Source: Gloeobacterales cyanobacterium
GTDB taxonomy: Bacteria > Cyanobacteriota > Cyanobacteriia > Gloeobacterales > PMM-0068
Direction of reading: 5' to 3'
Assembly (NCBI GenBank): GCA_038245785.1
Contig: JBBRSB010000006.1
Location: 32,001-96,000 of the forward strand
DNA: 64,000 nt
The translations under genes and the position numbers were made by a program. Below are positions 10,311 to 21,005 of the stretch, piece after piece. The notes under the pieces were generated by a model that worked only from the letters and a program-made list of their open reading frames with translations, did no database searches and was not told the DNA's origin. Position 1 is the stretch's first letter; each line of letters opens with the position of its first letter.

Positions 10311-11221
10311 TAAGTTGCAGGTATTCACTAGTCAGTTTAAAGATTTCAAATCAACTGTAATGGAGTGCTGGGAGTGTAACAGATGCTCATAGAGGATTCA
10401 ATGAGCTGTTGATTCACAGCTTCAAGTACTCTTCGATGCCACAACATTCCTTCGAGCAGCTCAAGGAACTCTTTTTATCAAACATTCAAACAGTTGCTAA
10501 CACCATATGCTACGGCTGTCACATAAGTATAATCAAACATTCCTTCTTTAAGCAAAGAATTATGCAGATAAGTCTTAACGGTTCTCAGGTCATCTTTCGT
10601 CGCACACTAATTTTATTAGTAATCTGGCGATAGTATTGGTCTATTAACTCAATACAGGTCGATCACTAGATTACGGCTGACAAAGCTTAAAAATTGTGAT
10701 TGTCTGGTAATGATTCCAGCTCTTAGCGAAAGCAATCCATAATCACGTCAATGAATCTGGCCACTTCAAAACTCTGACTCTCTTTAGTCTTCCAAGTCTC
10801 AATCCAGTTAGACTAGCTATTCGTCAAGATAAGAATTGCTAACAGTCAGGCTGGTGAGTTACGCTAAAAAAATCTCTACGAGAGTTACTTCAAAATAGAG
10901 AGGTCAGCATGCAAAACAATAGGATAAACAATACACTTAGAGTAGTAGTAATGTTCCTCTTAGTATGAGGAAGTTGGCTAACTTTTCTCGCCAGCTTTAA
11001 AATAGCTGACTTACGGTTTCTTGATACTCTATAGGCCTAAGCTTGTGCCGTTGAGAATGAAAATGTCCTCGTATCGGTTCAAAAGCATAGACAGAGCCTT
11101 GGAACTGTCCTGAAAACAGGGAGTCCACTTTACCAAAGTTCAAGCCTTCGACTGCAACCTATCCTAAACCAGGATGCGAAAGGTCAATCATCTCTTAATA
11201 CCAATGAGTGAAGGAGTGTGA

Positions 11222-12409
11222 TTATTTTTGCAACTTCTTTGAAGAACTCATTGTTATGGCAGCATCAGATCCAGTTAATTGCTCAGGATGAAGTAGTTGT
11301 TTATAGGTCGCAAGAGTTTGCTCTGTAATCTGACCCCAATCATGTTTAAAATTTACATATCGTTTGGCATTTTGGGCCATTATCCTTAAGTTTTCAGGAT
11401 GGCCTATAGCCCAATCCAGCTTTCGAATACAGGATTCAAGGTTACCTGCTTTAAAGAGTAGGCCCCGATCATTACTTAGGAGTTGTTGATGGACCGGAAT
11501 GTCACTGGCCAAAACGGGAATACCCTCCTGCATAGCTTCTAACATAGCTAAGGGCAATCCTTCTAAATCTGAGGGCAAGACAAATAATCCAGCACCCCTA
11601 ATAATTTCTGCTAATCGAGAGCCGATTAGCTGGCCAGTAAAGACTACATTAGGGTTCCCTTGAGCTAAACCAATAGCCTGGGTCGTAAAAGCATCGGTAT
11701 CACTGGAACCTCCAATAATAACAAGTTTCCATCCCTGTGGAACCAGAGCTTGAAAAGCTTGAATGAGTAAATCGGGTCTTTTCTCAGGAACTAATCTACC
11801 AAGAAAAATAATATAGCGTCCGGGTTCGATCCCCAATGAAGCTCCGAAAGAAAAATCAGGGTCTGATTCATCCAACGCTCCAGGAGCATTTGGAATATAG
11901 ATAGACTCACGGTTATAGGTTGCTCGAAAGTAAGATCGGAGTTCTTCAGACACAACAATCAATCTATCAGCGTAGCGTATGGCAGAACTTTCTCCCATAC
12001 GTAATAAACGACCAGAAAATTTCCCCCACTTCGCCCGTTGCCAATCTAAACCATGGCAGGTAACTAAAACTTTTGCAGTAGAAGCTAATTTGGGAATCCA
12101 ACAAAACAGAGCTGGGCCAACAGCATGAAAATGTACAATGTCATATTGGGTACCAATAGTAGACATTGCGGCAAGAGAGCAACTTACGAGAGCTTCCAAC
12201 CCTCCATCCGAGGGAGTTGGGATGGAAATCACGTTGACACCTCGAACACGGTACGGCCCCGAATTGCGAAACTGTGAATAAGACTGTCGCGCAAAGAGGT
12301 CTACAGAGTGGCCCTGGGCAACCATCCTTGGATAAAGTTCCTCACAATGGCGCTCGATACCTCCCTGCTTGGCAGGAAGACCTTTTGCACCAATTACGGC
12401 AATTTTCAT
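11222..12409 (-). CDS. Glycosyltransferase family 4
   Basis: GGIERH, GRLVPEKRPD, EGLPLAMLEAM (EX7E). Confidence 0.92.
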   Translation of the reverse strand: MKIAVIGAKGLPAKQGGIERHCEELYPRMVAQGHSVDLFARQSYSQFRNSGPYRVRGVNVISIPTPSDGGLEALVSCSLAAMSTIGTQYDIVHFHAVGPALFCWIPKLASTAKVLVTCHGLDWQRAKWGKFSGRLLRMGESSAIRYADRLIVVSEELRSYFRATYNRESIYIPNAPGALDESDPDFSFGASLGIEPGRYIIFLGRLVPEKRPDLLIQAFQALVPQGWKLVIIGGSSDTDAFTTQAIGLAQGNPNVVFTGQLIGSRLAEIIRGAGLFVLPSDLEGLPLAMLEAMQEGIPVLASDIPVHQQLLSNDRGLLFKAGNLESCIRKLDWAIGHPENLRIMAQNAKRYVNFKHDWGQITEQTLATYKQLLHPEQLTGSDAAITMSSSKKLQK

Positions 12410-12443
12410 AGATAGAAGTTTCGGGGAGGTGATTAGGTGGAGA

Positions 12444-13664
12444 TCAAACGTGACTATATCGTGAGGAGATACGGGACTCCCAGCGCTGCATCATGTGGCT
12501 GTAGACCTCATGTACAACGGACTGGGCGTTGAAAGGCTCACTGGAACGAAGGCAAGCTTCTACCGGATAAGCTTCAGGTTGTGCCAAGATCTGATTTAGC
12601 GCTGCTGCAACTGATTCTGGGGTGGACTCTTCGCAGACTAGACCGCTGCCTGGACGGAGAAGTTTTGGGGTTTCTCCTGCACGAGTAGTTACTACAGGTG
12701 TTCCACAGGCAAGAGCTTCCAAAGCGACCAAAGGTAACCCCTCATAAGCACTCGTGAGGACGAAAATACTGCAAAGGCGTTGCAGGTATGCTACCTCCAC
12801 TTGGGGAATGGCGCCAAGCATCGTAACCCTGGACGCAATTCCTAGACGGCCAACCTCGGCTCGCACTGCTTCACCTAAATCCCCTTCCCCCACAATTAAG
12901 AGATGGACATTGGAAACATTTAGTCTCGCTATCGATTGAACCAACAATAGAGGATCTTTCTGAGCATGCAGGCGTCCCGCAAACAGAATGAACCGAGTCT
13001 CTTCTGATAATCCTAATTTTTTGGTAAGGGCGATCCTATTTGCTACCCGTTCATGGGGAGAAAAAGGAAAGAAAACTTCCTCATCCACAGTATTGCGAAG
13101 ATAGCGCACTCGTTCACTGATAGAGGGATATTGCTGTCGATAAAATTCAGCCGAAGATGTATTACAAGAAAGAATCTCAGTAAACTGGTTCATAACTATA
13201 CGCTCTAGAGCAAAGTAGACTGAAGGGATTCGTCGCCAAAGAATAGCTTTGTTATTATCTCTAGAGTCCATTTGTTTTTGAATATCATTGTGGATAAATA
13301 GAGTTTTATCTGCTGTCCAAGAACGGCTTGCTATCGTTGGTTCTAGTCGATGAAAATGCATAAAGTCAGAAGTAAACTTCTTGCCCATAAGAGCAGCAGT
13401 GTATTTGACAGTGATAGGCACAAAGCTTTTAAAATTATCGTTCTCTTGTACAAATAGAGGAAGGAAGCGAAGAGCTCTTCCACACAGCTCTTCCTCTCGC
13501 CAAATTCCTATAGATTGTTGAAGCTCATCTTCTACACCTACAAGCTGGATGTCAAATGTCTCTGGAGCATATTTGACAAATGAGCGAATGGTCGTTTGGA
13601 TTCCTCCAAGACTCCTACTCCAGGGATCAAACTGGTAAAAAATGGTTAAGACAGGTTTACGCAT
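12444..13664 (-). CDS. Glycosyltransferase family 4
   Basis: GRLHAQKDP, EGLPLVALEAL. Confidence 0.92.
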   Translation of the reverse strand: MRKPVLTIFYQFDPWSRSLGGIQTTIRSFVKYAPETFDIQLVGVEDELQQSIGIWREEELCGRALRFLPLFVQENDNFKSFVPITVKYTAALMGKKFTSDFMHFHRLEPTIASRSWTADKTLFIHNDIQKQMDSRDNNKAILWRRIPSVYFALERIVMNQFTEILSCNTSSAEFYRQQYPSISERVRYLRNTVDEEVFFPFSPHERVANRIALTKKLGLSEETRFILFAGRLHAQKDPLLLVQSIARLNVSNVHLLIVGEGDLGEAVRAEVGRLGIASRVTMLGAIPQVEVAYLQRLCSIFVLTSAYEGLPLVALEALACGTPVVTTRAGETPKLLRPGSGLVCEESTPESVAAALNQILAQPEAYPVEACLRSSEPFNAQSVVHEVYSHMMQRWESRISSRYSHV

Positions 13665-13981
13665 AACGCTCTATTTAAAAACCTAACGATAGATAGTTTT
13701 ATTCATAAAGCTGAACATCGATAAGTTTAAAAAAACATTTATAGAATATCAGCAATCAAACGTGATACTTGTTCTTCATCTCTATGATAAGTACTAAACC
13801 ACGCAAAAGATATTGTAGGAAATACTGTCCTTTTATCCTCTTTATTTTTAATGTGAAAGAGTACTGCATGTGTTCTATTGTTGCTGACCACTTTCATAAT
13901 TTTAGGAGAGGCCGCTGAATAGAAGTTAATATGCGATTTAAGTTCTGCTGCGCTGAAATTATCTGCTGTACAAATTCTTGT

Positions 13982-15814
13982 TTAGACAGTTGGCATCGCT
14001 TGGAGGTTGTGGAAAGACCAGTAAGAACCTCTCTTCTCCAATAATTCTTGATGCCCGCCCGACTCAACAACTCGGCCCTTATCTAAAACGACAATGCGGT
14101 CCGCATTTCGGATAGTGGAAAGTCGATGGGCGATTACAATAACTGTCCGGTTTTGGCGCAGGCGCTCAATGGCGTCTTGGACTAGATGTTCTGACTGAGA
14201 ATCTAAAGCGCTGGTTGCTTCGTCCAGAATAAGAATCTCCGGGTCCCGCAGAATAGCCCGTGCAATGGAAACTCTTTGCCGCTGTCCTCCAGACAGTTGA
14301 ACGCCTCGGTCTCCAACCCTGGTATTGTATCCGTTAGGAAGAGTGCTAATGAACTCATGGGCATTGGCAAGGCGGGCTGCTTCGATGACATTTTCGTCGC
14401 TGACATCTTCTAAGCCATAGGCGATGTTGTCCCGAATTGAGTTATTAAAGATATATGTGTCCTGACTGACAACACCTATGTGATGTCGAAGAGAGGCAAG
14501 CTCAAAGTTACGTATATCTTGACCATCTATCTCAATAATTCCACTGGAAATGTCATAGAGTCGGGGAATTAGAGAAGCCAAGGTGGATTTCCCTGCCCCC
14601 GAAGAACCGACTAAAGCAACAGTTTTTCCTTTGGGTATTTCCAAATTAAACCCTCGCAGTACCTCGTCCTTGCCATTGTAGGAAAAGCAAACATCATAAA
14701 GTGCTATTCCTTTCTTAAGACCAGTAAATGGGACATTTCCACTGACGACAGCATACTTATCCTCTAGCTCAAGCCCCTCAGCAATTTTGTCCAAAGTGGC
14801 AAGATTCTCCTGGATATAGCCTCTACTGGCATTAATTTTCTTTGTAACAGGGATGAGTCTGATCAGTGCGAACATAAAGATCAGTAGCTGTGAAGGAGAT
14901 AGAAAGCCATTAGAAATTAGTAATGCATAGCTTGATACTAAAATCACCATTGCCATAACCAGGGTTGACCATTCAGTAACAGGATCGATTAAGTTTTGCT
15001 GCCGTTTTATTTGATTGGCTAACTTCTCCACTCTACGGCACATGACTCTGAAATTTCCTGATTCAAAGGCTTCAGCTCCGTATGTCTTAACGATCCGTAT
15101 TCCACTAAGGGTATCTAGAACCTGTACACTCATTTGCTGGTTTGCTTCGAGAAAGTCGTAGCCTGCGCTCTTAATGCTCTGCAATAAGTAGGTTAATCCT
15201 AAACCCACAAGCCCTATCATAACCACGATGATCAAGGTTAATTTCCAAGAGACAATCAAGAGGGTCATTAAATAGGCCAAGAGAGTCAAAATTGTTGTTA
15301 TTCCTGAGAAAAGGAAAGATAACATAACACTAAAATTATTGGTTTCATTCAACATAGTGCTAGTTATCTTCCCCAATTGAGCACTATCAAAGAATCGAAT
15401 AGGCGTATTTAGATAAGTTTGGTATAGACGCTCTCGTAGGTTTGCAATATATGACTCCTGATAAAGCGTAGTGAGCCACTGAGCCATATAGAATAAGTAC
15501 GCCTTTAGGGTAAGAGACGCAACCAGTGTAAAGGCGAAGAGCCCAATAAGTACCACGTTGTCTTGCTGATTTAGCCAGAGATTCAAGCCTTCTGTCAACG
15601 CCATTGCAGGAAGTTGGGGCTTTCCCTCATTGATCAGAACTTTCACAAAAGGGATCATTAAACCAATACCCACACCATCGAGGAGCGATGCAACCAGTGT
15701 CAGCGTGAGACCAATGTAGAGTGTATTCCGTGGGACTCTTTCTGCCACTTCGAGGAGTTTGTCTATGTTTCCAAAGTATTTTTTCAGCAGCGATCTAATT
15801 ATGGAGCCAATCAC
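13982..15814 (-). CDS. ABC transporter, TMD-NBD fusion (HepA/MsbA-like)
   Basis: Six TM helices; GSSGAGKST, LSGGQRQR, ILDEATSALD. Confidence 0.92.
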   Translation of the reverse strand: MIGSIIRSLLKKYFGNIDKLLEVAERVPRNTLYIGLTLTLVASLLDGVGIGLMIPFVKVLINEGKPQLPAMALTEGLNLWLNQQDNVVLIGLFAFTLVASLTLKAYLFYMAQWLTTLYQESYIANLRERLYQTYLNTPIRFFDSAQLGKITSTMLNETNNFSVMLSFLFSGITTILTLLAYLMTLLIVSWKLTLIIVVMIGLVGLGLTYLLQSIKSAGYDFLEANQQMSVQVLDTLSGIRIVKTYGAEAFESGNFRVMCRRVEKLANQIKRQQNLIDPVTEWSTLVMAMVILVSSYALLISNGFLSPSQLLIFMFALIRLIPVTKKINASRGYIQENLATLDKIAEGLELEDKYAVVSGNVPFTGLKKGIALYDVCFSYNGKDEVLRGFNLEIPKGKTVALVGSSGAGKSTLASLIPRLYDISSGIIEIDGQDIRNFELASLRHHIGVVSQDTYIFNNSIRDNIAYGLEDVSDENVIEAARLANAHEFISTLPNGYNTRVGDRGVQLSGGQRQRVSIARAILRDPEILILDEATSALDSQSEHLVQDAIERLRQNRTVIVIAHRLSTIRNADRIVVLDKGRVVESGGHQELLEKRGSYWSFHNLQAMPTV

Positions 15815-15823
15815 AAATAACCT

Positions 15824-16909
15824 CTATGAATGAAATGAGCCAAACCAGATTTGGGAAAAGTATCCCCATTGCCAAGAAAGAGTGAGTTTAATCTGATCTA
15901 GAAGTCTGATTTGTTTTTGGCCTTTTAGCGAAAAGCGAATCGGAGAGACAAGTGTATATAAATTGAGTGTGCATTTAAGTAAATTCCAGACGCTACTCAA
16001 TCGCTGGCGCAGGAGAGATTTACCAATTATGGTATCAACTAGAGCAACCGAACGCCCCTGCCAGTAGCCGCGTTGGATCAACCAGTTAGGATTAATTCGT
16101 TCTTTTGGAACCCAGTGGTGCACCCAAGCTTGGGGACTGTAGTAAAACTTCTCTCCTTGAGATGTTAAGGTCACATTCAGCAGAGTCTCTTCACCAGATA
16201 GTAAGCTTTGGCCTTTACGTCCTAACTGCTCATGAAATCCTCCAGCTCTTTCCAGTGCATCCCGTCGATAAACTACATTAGCCCCCCAAGGGCATTCATT
16301 AGGCCCAAACCAGCGTGGAGTATTACCAGCATATAGGGTAGTGAAAAGAGTCTCCGTAGAAGAGTTGATCCAGTCGGGCTTAGGAATTTCCCAGAGCGGA
16401 TAGATGGGACCACCTACCCCAACCGGTTTGGGCCGCACCGTTTCAAAAACGTCTAAGATCGATTTAACCCATTCCTCACAAGGAATCGCATCATCATCCA
16501 GATAGGCAATGTAGGCACTTTGGGTTGCTTTCCATCCTGAGTTGCGGGCTTTTGATAGGCCCTGTACAGGCTCATATATATATCGAAAGTTTACTAACTT
16601 CTCCTTATAGTGTTCACAGATGGCGAGCGTATTATCCGTCGAGCGGTTATCCACCACCAGAATCTCGAAATTAGAAGTCGGCATAGTCTGTTTACTCATT
16701 GCCTTTAAAGTAAGGCTCAGACGATCAGCCCGATTATAAGTGCAGATCACAACTGAAATGATCGGGGGCTGGTTTGCATTAGTAACGTATTCTGGAAAGA
16801 CTTGATGTTCCACTTCAATAGACTCCAGCTCGAATCCGATTGTAAACACGCAAACAGAGGGCCCAGACGGATGGGAAAGAATGTACTCTTTGTACACATT
16901 GATATTCAC
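15824..16909 (-). CDS. Glycosyltransferase family 2
   Basis: ISVVICTYNR, VDNRSTD, YLDDD; true start may be downstream. Confidence 0.9.
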   Translation of the reverse strand: MNINVYKEYILSHPSGPSVCVFTIGFELESIEVEHQVFPEYVTNANQPPIISVVICTYNRADRLSLTLKAMSKQTMPTSNFEILVVDNRSTDNTLAICEHYKEKLVNFRYIYEPVQGLSKARNSGWKATQSAYIAYLDDDAIPCEEWVKSILDVFETVRPKPVGVGGPIYPLWEIPKPDWINSSTETLFTTLYAGNTPRWFGPNECPWGANVVYRRDALERAGGFHEQLGRKGQSLLSGEETLLNVTLTSQGEKFYYSPQAWVHHWVPKERINPNWLIQRGYWQGRSVALVDTIIGKSLLRQRLSSVWNLLKCTLNLYTLVSPIRFSLKGQKQIRLLDQIKLTLSWQWGYFSQIWFGSFHS

Positions 16910-17050
16910 TTTCTATCAAGGAGTTATCCTCTCATGGTGTCGAGTACTTAGATAAATACAAGCTTGTGGGCTCAGTCAGTAGCGATATTAAACTCAAAGT
17001 TAGGCCCGTTTAGATAGATATCTACAAGCTAAAAGCTAAGCCTTAAGACT

Positions 17051-18073
17051 TCATACGAAAGTTTCTTCAATAGTTGTCTGTATCGATTGGGCCACAGATT
17101 GCTTGTACCCTTTCCACCATAACTGTATCTTTTCAGATGTATTTTCTATATCTATTGAACTTGTCAGCCTACCCAAATCTTTCCAATTATAGATTAGAGG
17201 ACATGGAAAATCCTTAGAAAAGGCTTTTTCCCAATATCGATAATTTCTTAGCCAGATTTTTTGATCTCGAATTCCATACTTAACTATGTGGTAAGGATTA
17301 AAAAATGCGGATAAAGCTTCACGAACACCTTTGGCTTCTACGATTGGAATAGTACCAGCTTCCAAGGATTCATAAATTCGGAAACAATCGACTGAAAAGT
17401 TGCCTATGGGACATGGAGAAAACACAGTGTTACTTAACAGAGCAGCATATTCTTTTGTAGTTAGCCCGTTTGGATCATTCCATTGATTAGTTACATGATA
17501 TCTTCCTCCTGGAATGCATTTAGCATGCTCTATCATTTCATATCTTGATCCCTTTAGCTGACCTGCAAAAGACCATAAATATTCTCTTTCACTAATTTTT
17601 CTAGGAACTAATCCATTACAAAAACCAGAGCTATAACCTAATGGAAGATAGTAGCATCTTTGATACTTTTTGTGAGCTTCTTCCCTGTAATAAGCTCTAA
17701 AAATAAAATCAAGGTCTTTATAAAAGCTTGTAAACTCTTTATAAAGTTCATCTCCCAAATGAAATAAACCTATCCTCCTACCTTCATTTTGGTAACGCCC
17801 AATATAGTTATGGAATTGCTGAAGTGCGTTATCATATTCCTTGCGTGAGCCATTTTTTGTAAAAAATATCTGGCTTAGATTTGCGACGATAACTGCATTC
17901 TCAAACAAAACTTTGCTCTCCGAATCAACGACATGATTTACCTTAAAATCAGACAGTAACGAATTGAGCCAATCATACTCATAAGATGAGTGTGGATCGA
18001 GTTGCCACCAAATCAGATTAATAGTTTTTATCATACTTGCACTCAAGTCGTTGGCTGTCTGGGTAATCTTCAC
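17051..18073 (-). CDS. Exostosin-like (GT47) glycosyltransferase
   Basis: WSFAG and FSPCPIGNFSVDCFRIYESLEAGTIPI, matching the exostosin C-terminal motif. Confidence 0.75.
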   Translation of the reverse strand: MKITQTANDLSASMIKTINLIWWQLDPHSSYEYDWLNSLLSDFKVNHVVDSESKVLFENAVIVANLSQIFFTKNGSRKEYDNALQQFHNYIGRYQNEGRRIGLFHLGDELYKEFTSFYKDLDFIFRAYYREEAHKKYQRCYYLPLGYSSGFCNGLVPRKISEREYLWSFAGQLKGSRYEMIEHAKCIPGGRYHVTNQWNDPNGLTTKEYAALLSNTVFSPCPIGNFSVDCFRIYESLEAGTIPIVEAKGVREALSAFFNPYHIVKYGIRDQKIWLRNYRYWEKAFSKDFPCPLIYNWKDLGRLTSSIDIENTSEKIQLWWKGYKQSVAQSIQTTIEETFV

Positions 18074-18231
18074 AGGGTAGACACATCTAAATTATTTCAC
18101 GACGGAAGAAATAAGAGTTGAAGACTTTTAGAGACAGCATAATTATCAATAAGGTGCTTTTAGTTAAGAACTTTTTAAGAAAGGTTACGAAAAGTGCCTT
18201 TGCTGATAAGGTGCTCTTGCCTTAATGATCT

Positions 18232-19167
18232 TTAACGAAGAACACGAGGGGTTTGCCAGCCATCATAGGCAAGTTTCGCATTCCAAGTGCCTAAAAAGTG
18301 ATACCAAAGAACAACCAAACGCATCAAATCTTGAGGCAACTCTTGAGAAGGAGTCTGACGAAAGGAAGCTACAGCTAATCGCAGTAAGGTCTTCAGAGGA
18401 TAAACGACTAAACCTCTGAGCACCTTAATAAAATATTTCCATGGTTGGGGAACAGGTGCCATATCTGAATTATTTGAAGTTAAGTAAAACCAGCCATAGG
18501 CATCCCGCTGAAGCACATAAGTAAAATCTCGAAGTTTGGTACGGTAGCGATGGTAGATAATCCCTTTTTTCCCCTCAAGAATTTTTAGAGTGTACTTATT
18601 TGAACGGATTAAGCGCCAGCTCATTTCAACATCAGGACCAGAGAAGTTATCTTCATCAAATAGACCTACTTCATCAAAGACCTTTTTTCTATACATCACA
18701 TTAGCAGTGATGACATAAGGCTGAACTTCTTTAGATCCCAAACCATGATTGGGGTTGTTGAAAACGCAGCCTTCAAAATAATCAACATAGTTTGTAACTG
18801 CTCGTGGAATAATAACTCCACCTACAGCTCCAACCTGCGCATCATCAAATCCCTGCCAAAGCTCTAAAAGCCAAGTAGGAGTGACTTTGCAGTCTGCATC
18901 GGTGAGAGCAATAAATTCTCCTTTTGCTTTTCGAATGGCCAAATTGCGAGCAGCATAGGGACCAGGCTTAGGTTCCTTTAAAACAGTAACCGGATAAGAA
19001 CAAAGAATTTCTAGACTTGTATCTGTAGAATTATTGTCAACACATAAAATTTCTAAACGATCACGTGGCCATTCTAAAAGCATTAAGGAATCTAGAAGTT
19101 CTGAAATTTCTTGTTCCTCATTAAAGACAGGAACTACAACAGAAATCATAGGTAGAGAGATATTCAT
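18232..19167 (-). CDS. Glycosyltransferase family 2
   Basis: SVVVPVFNE, VDNNSTD, LTDAD. Confidence 0.9.
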   Translation of the reverse strand: MNISLPMISVVVPVFNEEQEISELLDSLMLLEWPRDRLEILCVDNNSTDTSLEILCSYPVTVLKEPKPGPYAARNLAIRKAKGEFIALTDADCKVTPTWLLELWQGFDDAQVGAVGGVIIPRAVTNYVDYFEGCVFNNPNHGLGSKEVQPYVITANVMYRKKVFDEVGLFDEDNFSGPDVEMSWRLIRSNKYTLKILEGKKGIIYHRYRTKLRDFTYVLQRDAYGWFYLTSNNSDMAPVPQPWKYFIKVLRGLVVYPLKTLLRLAVASFRQTPSQELPQDLMRLVVLWYHFLGTWNAKLAYDGWQTPRVLR

Positions 19168-20066
19168 ACAGCTTCAGGTCCAAAGGAAATTGTTTTAGTA
19201 ATGAATTTGCGGGTAAACCGCTCAAAGGCAAACTGTGGAATAGCACGATAGCCTTTCTGGAAGGCATTCCAAGCAGCAGCAGCATGTCCCCTTTTTAGGG
19301 ATGACCACGCCACATCTAACCAACTTAGAGACACGGCCCTATTAACGATGCTTACATGTTGAGCAGCTACTTGGGCAGCCAAATATTCCATAAGCTTAAG
19401 GTTATCTAAGGCAATTTGCAGGTGATCTACCGTCAAACTCCCTGTTCGTCTACGATAAACAGAGAGAGCCTCTGGAAGAAAACCAATTTCCCAACCCTTT
19501 TGGGCAATTTGTAACCATAGATAGTAGTCTTCACCTGTGTAAAAGTTCTCATCGAAACCTTGGCAGTCTCTCATGCACTGCGTTCTTAGAACCACTGAAC
19601 TACTATGTCCTGTCCAATTACGTTCTAAGAAGTCGGCAAATCTCAAAATTTGTTTAGGGGGGGGAGTAAACCAAGGCGATTCAAATCTTTGCACCGGCTG
19701 GTCAAAAAGAATTTGGAACCAGCTAAAACTCATTCCCATAAGAGGAGAGCTCCTCATTAGATTCAAATGCATTTCTAGCTTATTAGGTTGCCATAGATCA
19801 TCTACATCAAGAAAAGCAATATATTCTCCACGAACCAAACTTAGACCATAGTTTCGGGCTGCAGCTGGACCCTGATTCTCTTTATAAAGATAGAGAATAC
19901 GCGGATCACTTAAAGCTTTTACTTTTTGGGCAGTGTCGTCAGTAGAGCCATCATCTATTATGATAACTTCAAAATCCTGGAAGCTTTGAGTAAATACAGA
20001 AGCAAGCGCTTCTTCAATATATTGTCCTGCATTATAGGTAGGAATAATAATACTGATGGTAGGCAT
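19164..20066 (-). CDS. Glycosyltransferase family 2
   Basis: SIIIPTYN, IDDGSTD, FLDVDD, GEDYYLW. Confidence 0.92.
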   Translation of the reverse strand: MPTISIIIPTYNAGQYIEEALASVFTQSFQDFEVIIIDDGSTDDTAQKVKALSDPRILYLYKENQGPAAARNYGLSLVRGEYIAFLDVDDLWQPNKLEMHLNLMRSSPLMGMSFSWFQILFDQPVQRFESPWFTPPPKQILRFADFLERNWTGHSSSVVLRTQCMRDCQGFDENFYTGEDYYLWLQIAQKGWEIGFLPEALSVYRRRTGSLTVDHLQIALDNLKLMEYLAAQVAAQHVSIVNRAVSLSWLDVAWSSLKRGHAAAAWNAFQKGYRAIPQFAFERFTRKFITKTISFGPEAV

Positions 20067-20147
20067 GGCTGAATTTAAGTTTATAGAGAACAGGATTTAG
20101 CTGATTATAGATAAAGTAGCAAAATCGTGGATTGGATATTGAAATAT

Positions 20148-21005
20148 TTAAGTCGCTAGAAAGTCAAGCCGGAAAAAGTCCTTACTCCCAAACATTTCCC
20201 TGAAAATTCCTATCCGTTCACTTATCGTAAACTTGAATTGCCCATCATTTTTATAGTAATGCAATTTGCTGCTTGGAACAATGGATTTAAGCCAATCAAC
20301 TCCATCATCTAAATAATGGTAATGCACGAAGTTACTAGAATTAGCATTACGCGCAGCCAAACGAGTTTTTAATCGCAACTGGATCTGCTCAGGGTCTCGA
20401 TATTGATAATGTCTATTTGGAATCCTGTAAGAACACTTCTTATGTTTCTTAGCCCCAATTGGCCTCATATAGCCCCTAGGATTCGCACTATTTATATACT
20501 CTGGCCAGACCAAATCTTCTGTAATCCGAAACAAACGTTGTTCAATGTTGACAAAACGATAGTAACGCCTCCTTTGAGCAATAGGCTGTTCTCGAGAATC
20601 TTTTCCATCCTTATAAGTCTGCCAATCCTTATCTGTAAAATAGAAATTGTATTGAAGTGTATTAATTTGGTCTGCTCCTTCTTTCTCTGCTATAAAAATA
20701 GCTTTTTTGGGATCTTCTGCAAGGAACTCATCAGCATCTAGGATAAAAAACCAATCTCCCACGCTACATTGGTTTCGTACAGCATTAAATACTTGTGCTC
20801 TTAATCCATCATAGAAAGCAACTTTTTCACATCTGAAAGGAATCACTACGGAACTCTCAACCTGGTGAACCTTCGACCAACTGCTATCTGTACTACCTGT
20901 ATCGAAGACATAAATTTTGTGGCAGAACTGACTTGCATAGCTCAGCGTTTGACCAATGATATCTTCTTCATTATTGACAAGACAAACCGCATGAATGCGT
21001 GTCAT
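20148..21005 (-). CDS. Glycosyltransferase family 2 (GT-A, Glyco_tranf_2_4-like)
   Basis: NEEDII, FDTGSTD, LDADE, HYQYR. Confidence 0.85.
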   Translation of the reverse strand: MTRIHAVCLVNNEEDIIGQTLSYASQFCHKIYVFDTGSTDSSWSKVHQVESSVVIPFRCEKVAFYDGLRAQVFNAVRNQCSVGDWFFILDADEFLAEDPKKAIFIAEKEGADQINTLQYNFYFTDKDWQTYKDGKDSREQPIAQRRRYYRFVNIEQRLFRITEDLVWPEYINSANPRGYMRPIGAKKHKKCSYRIPNRHYQYRDPEQIQLRLKTRLAARNANSSNFVHYHYLDDGVDWLKSIVPSSKLHYYKNDGQFKFTISERIGIFREMFGSKDFFRLDFLAT

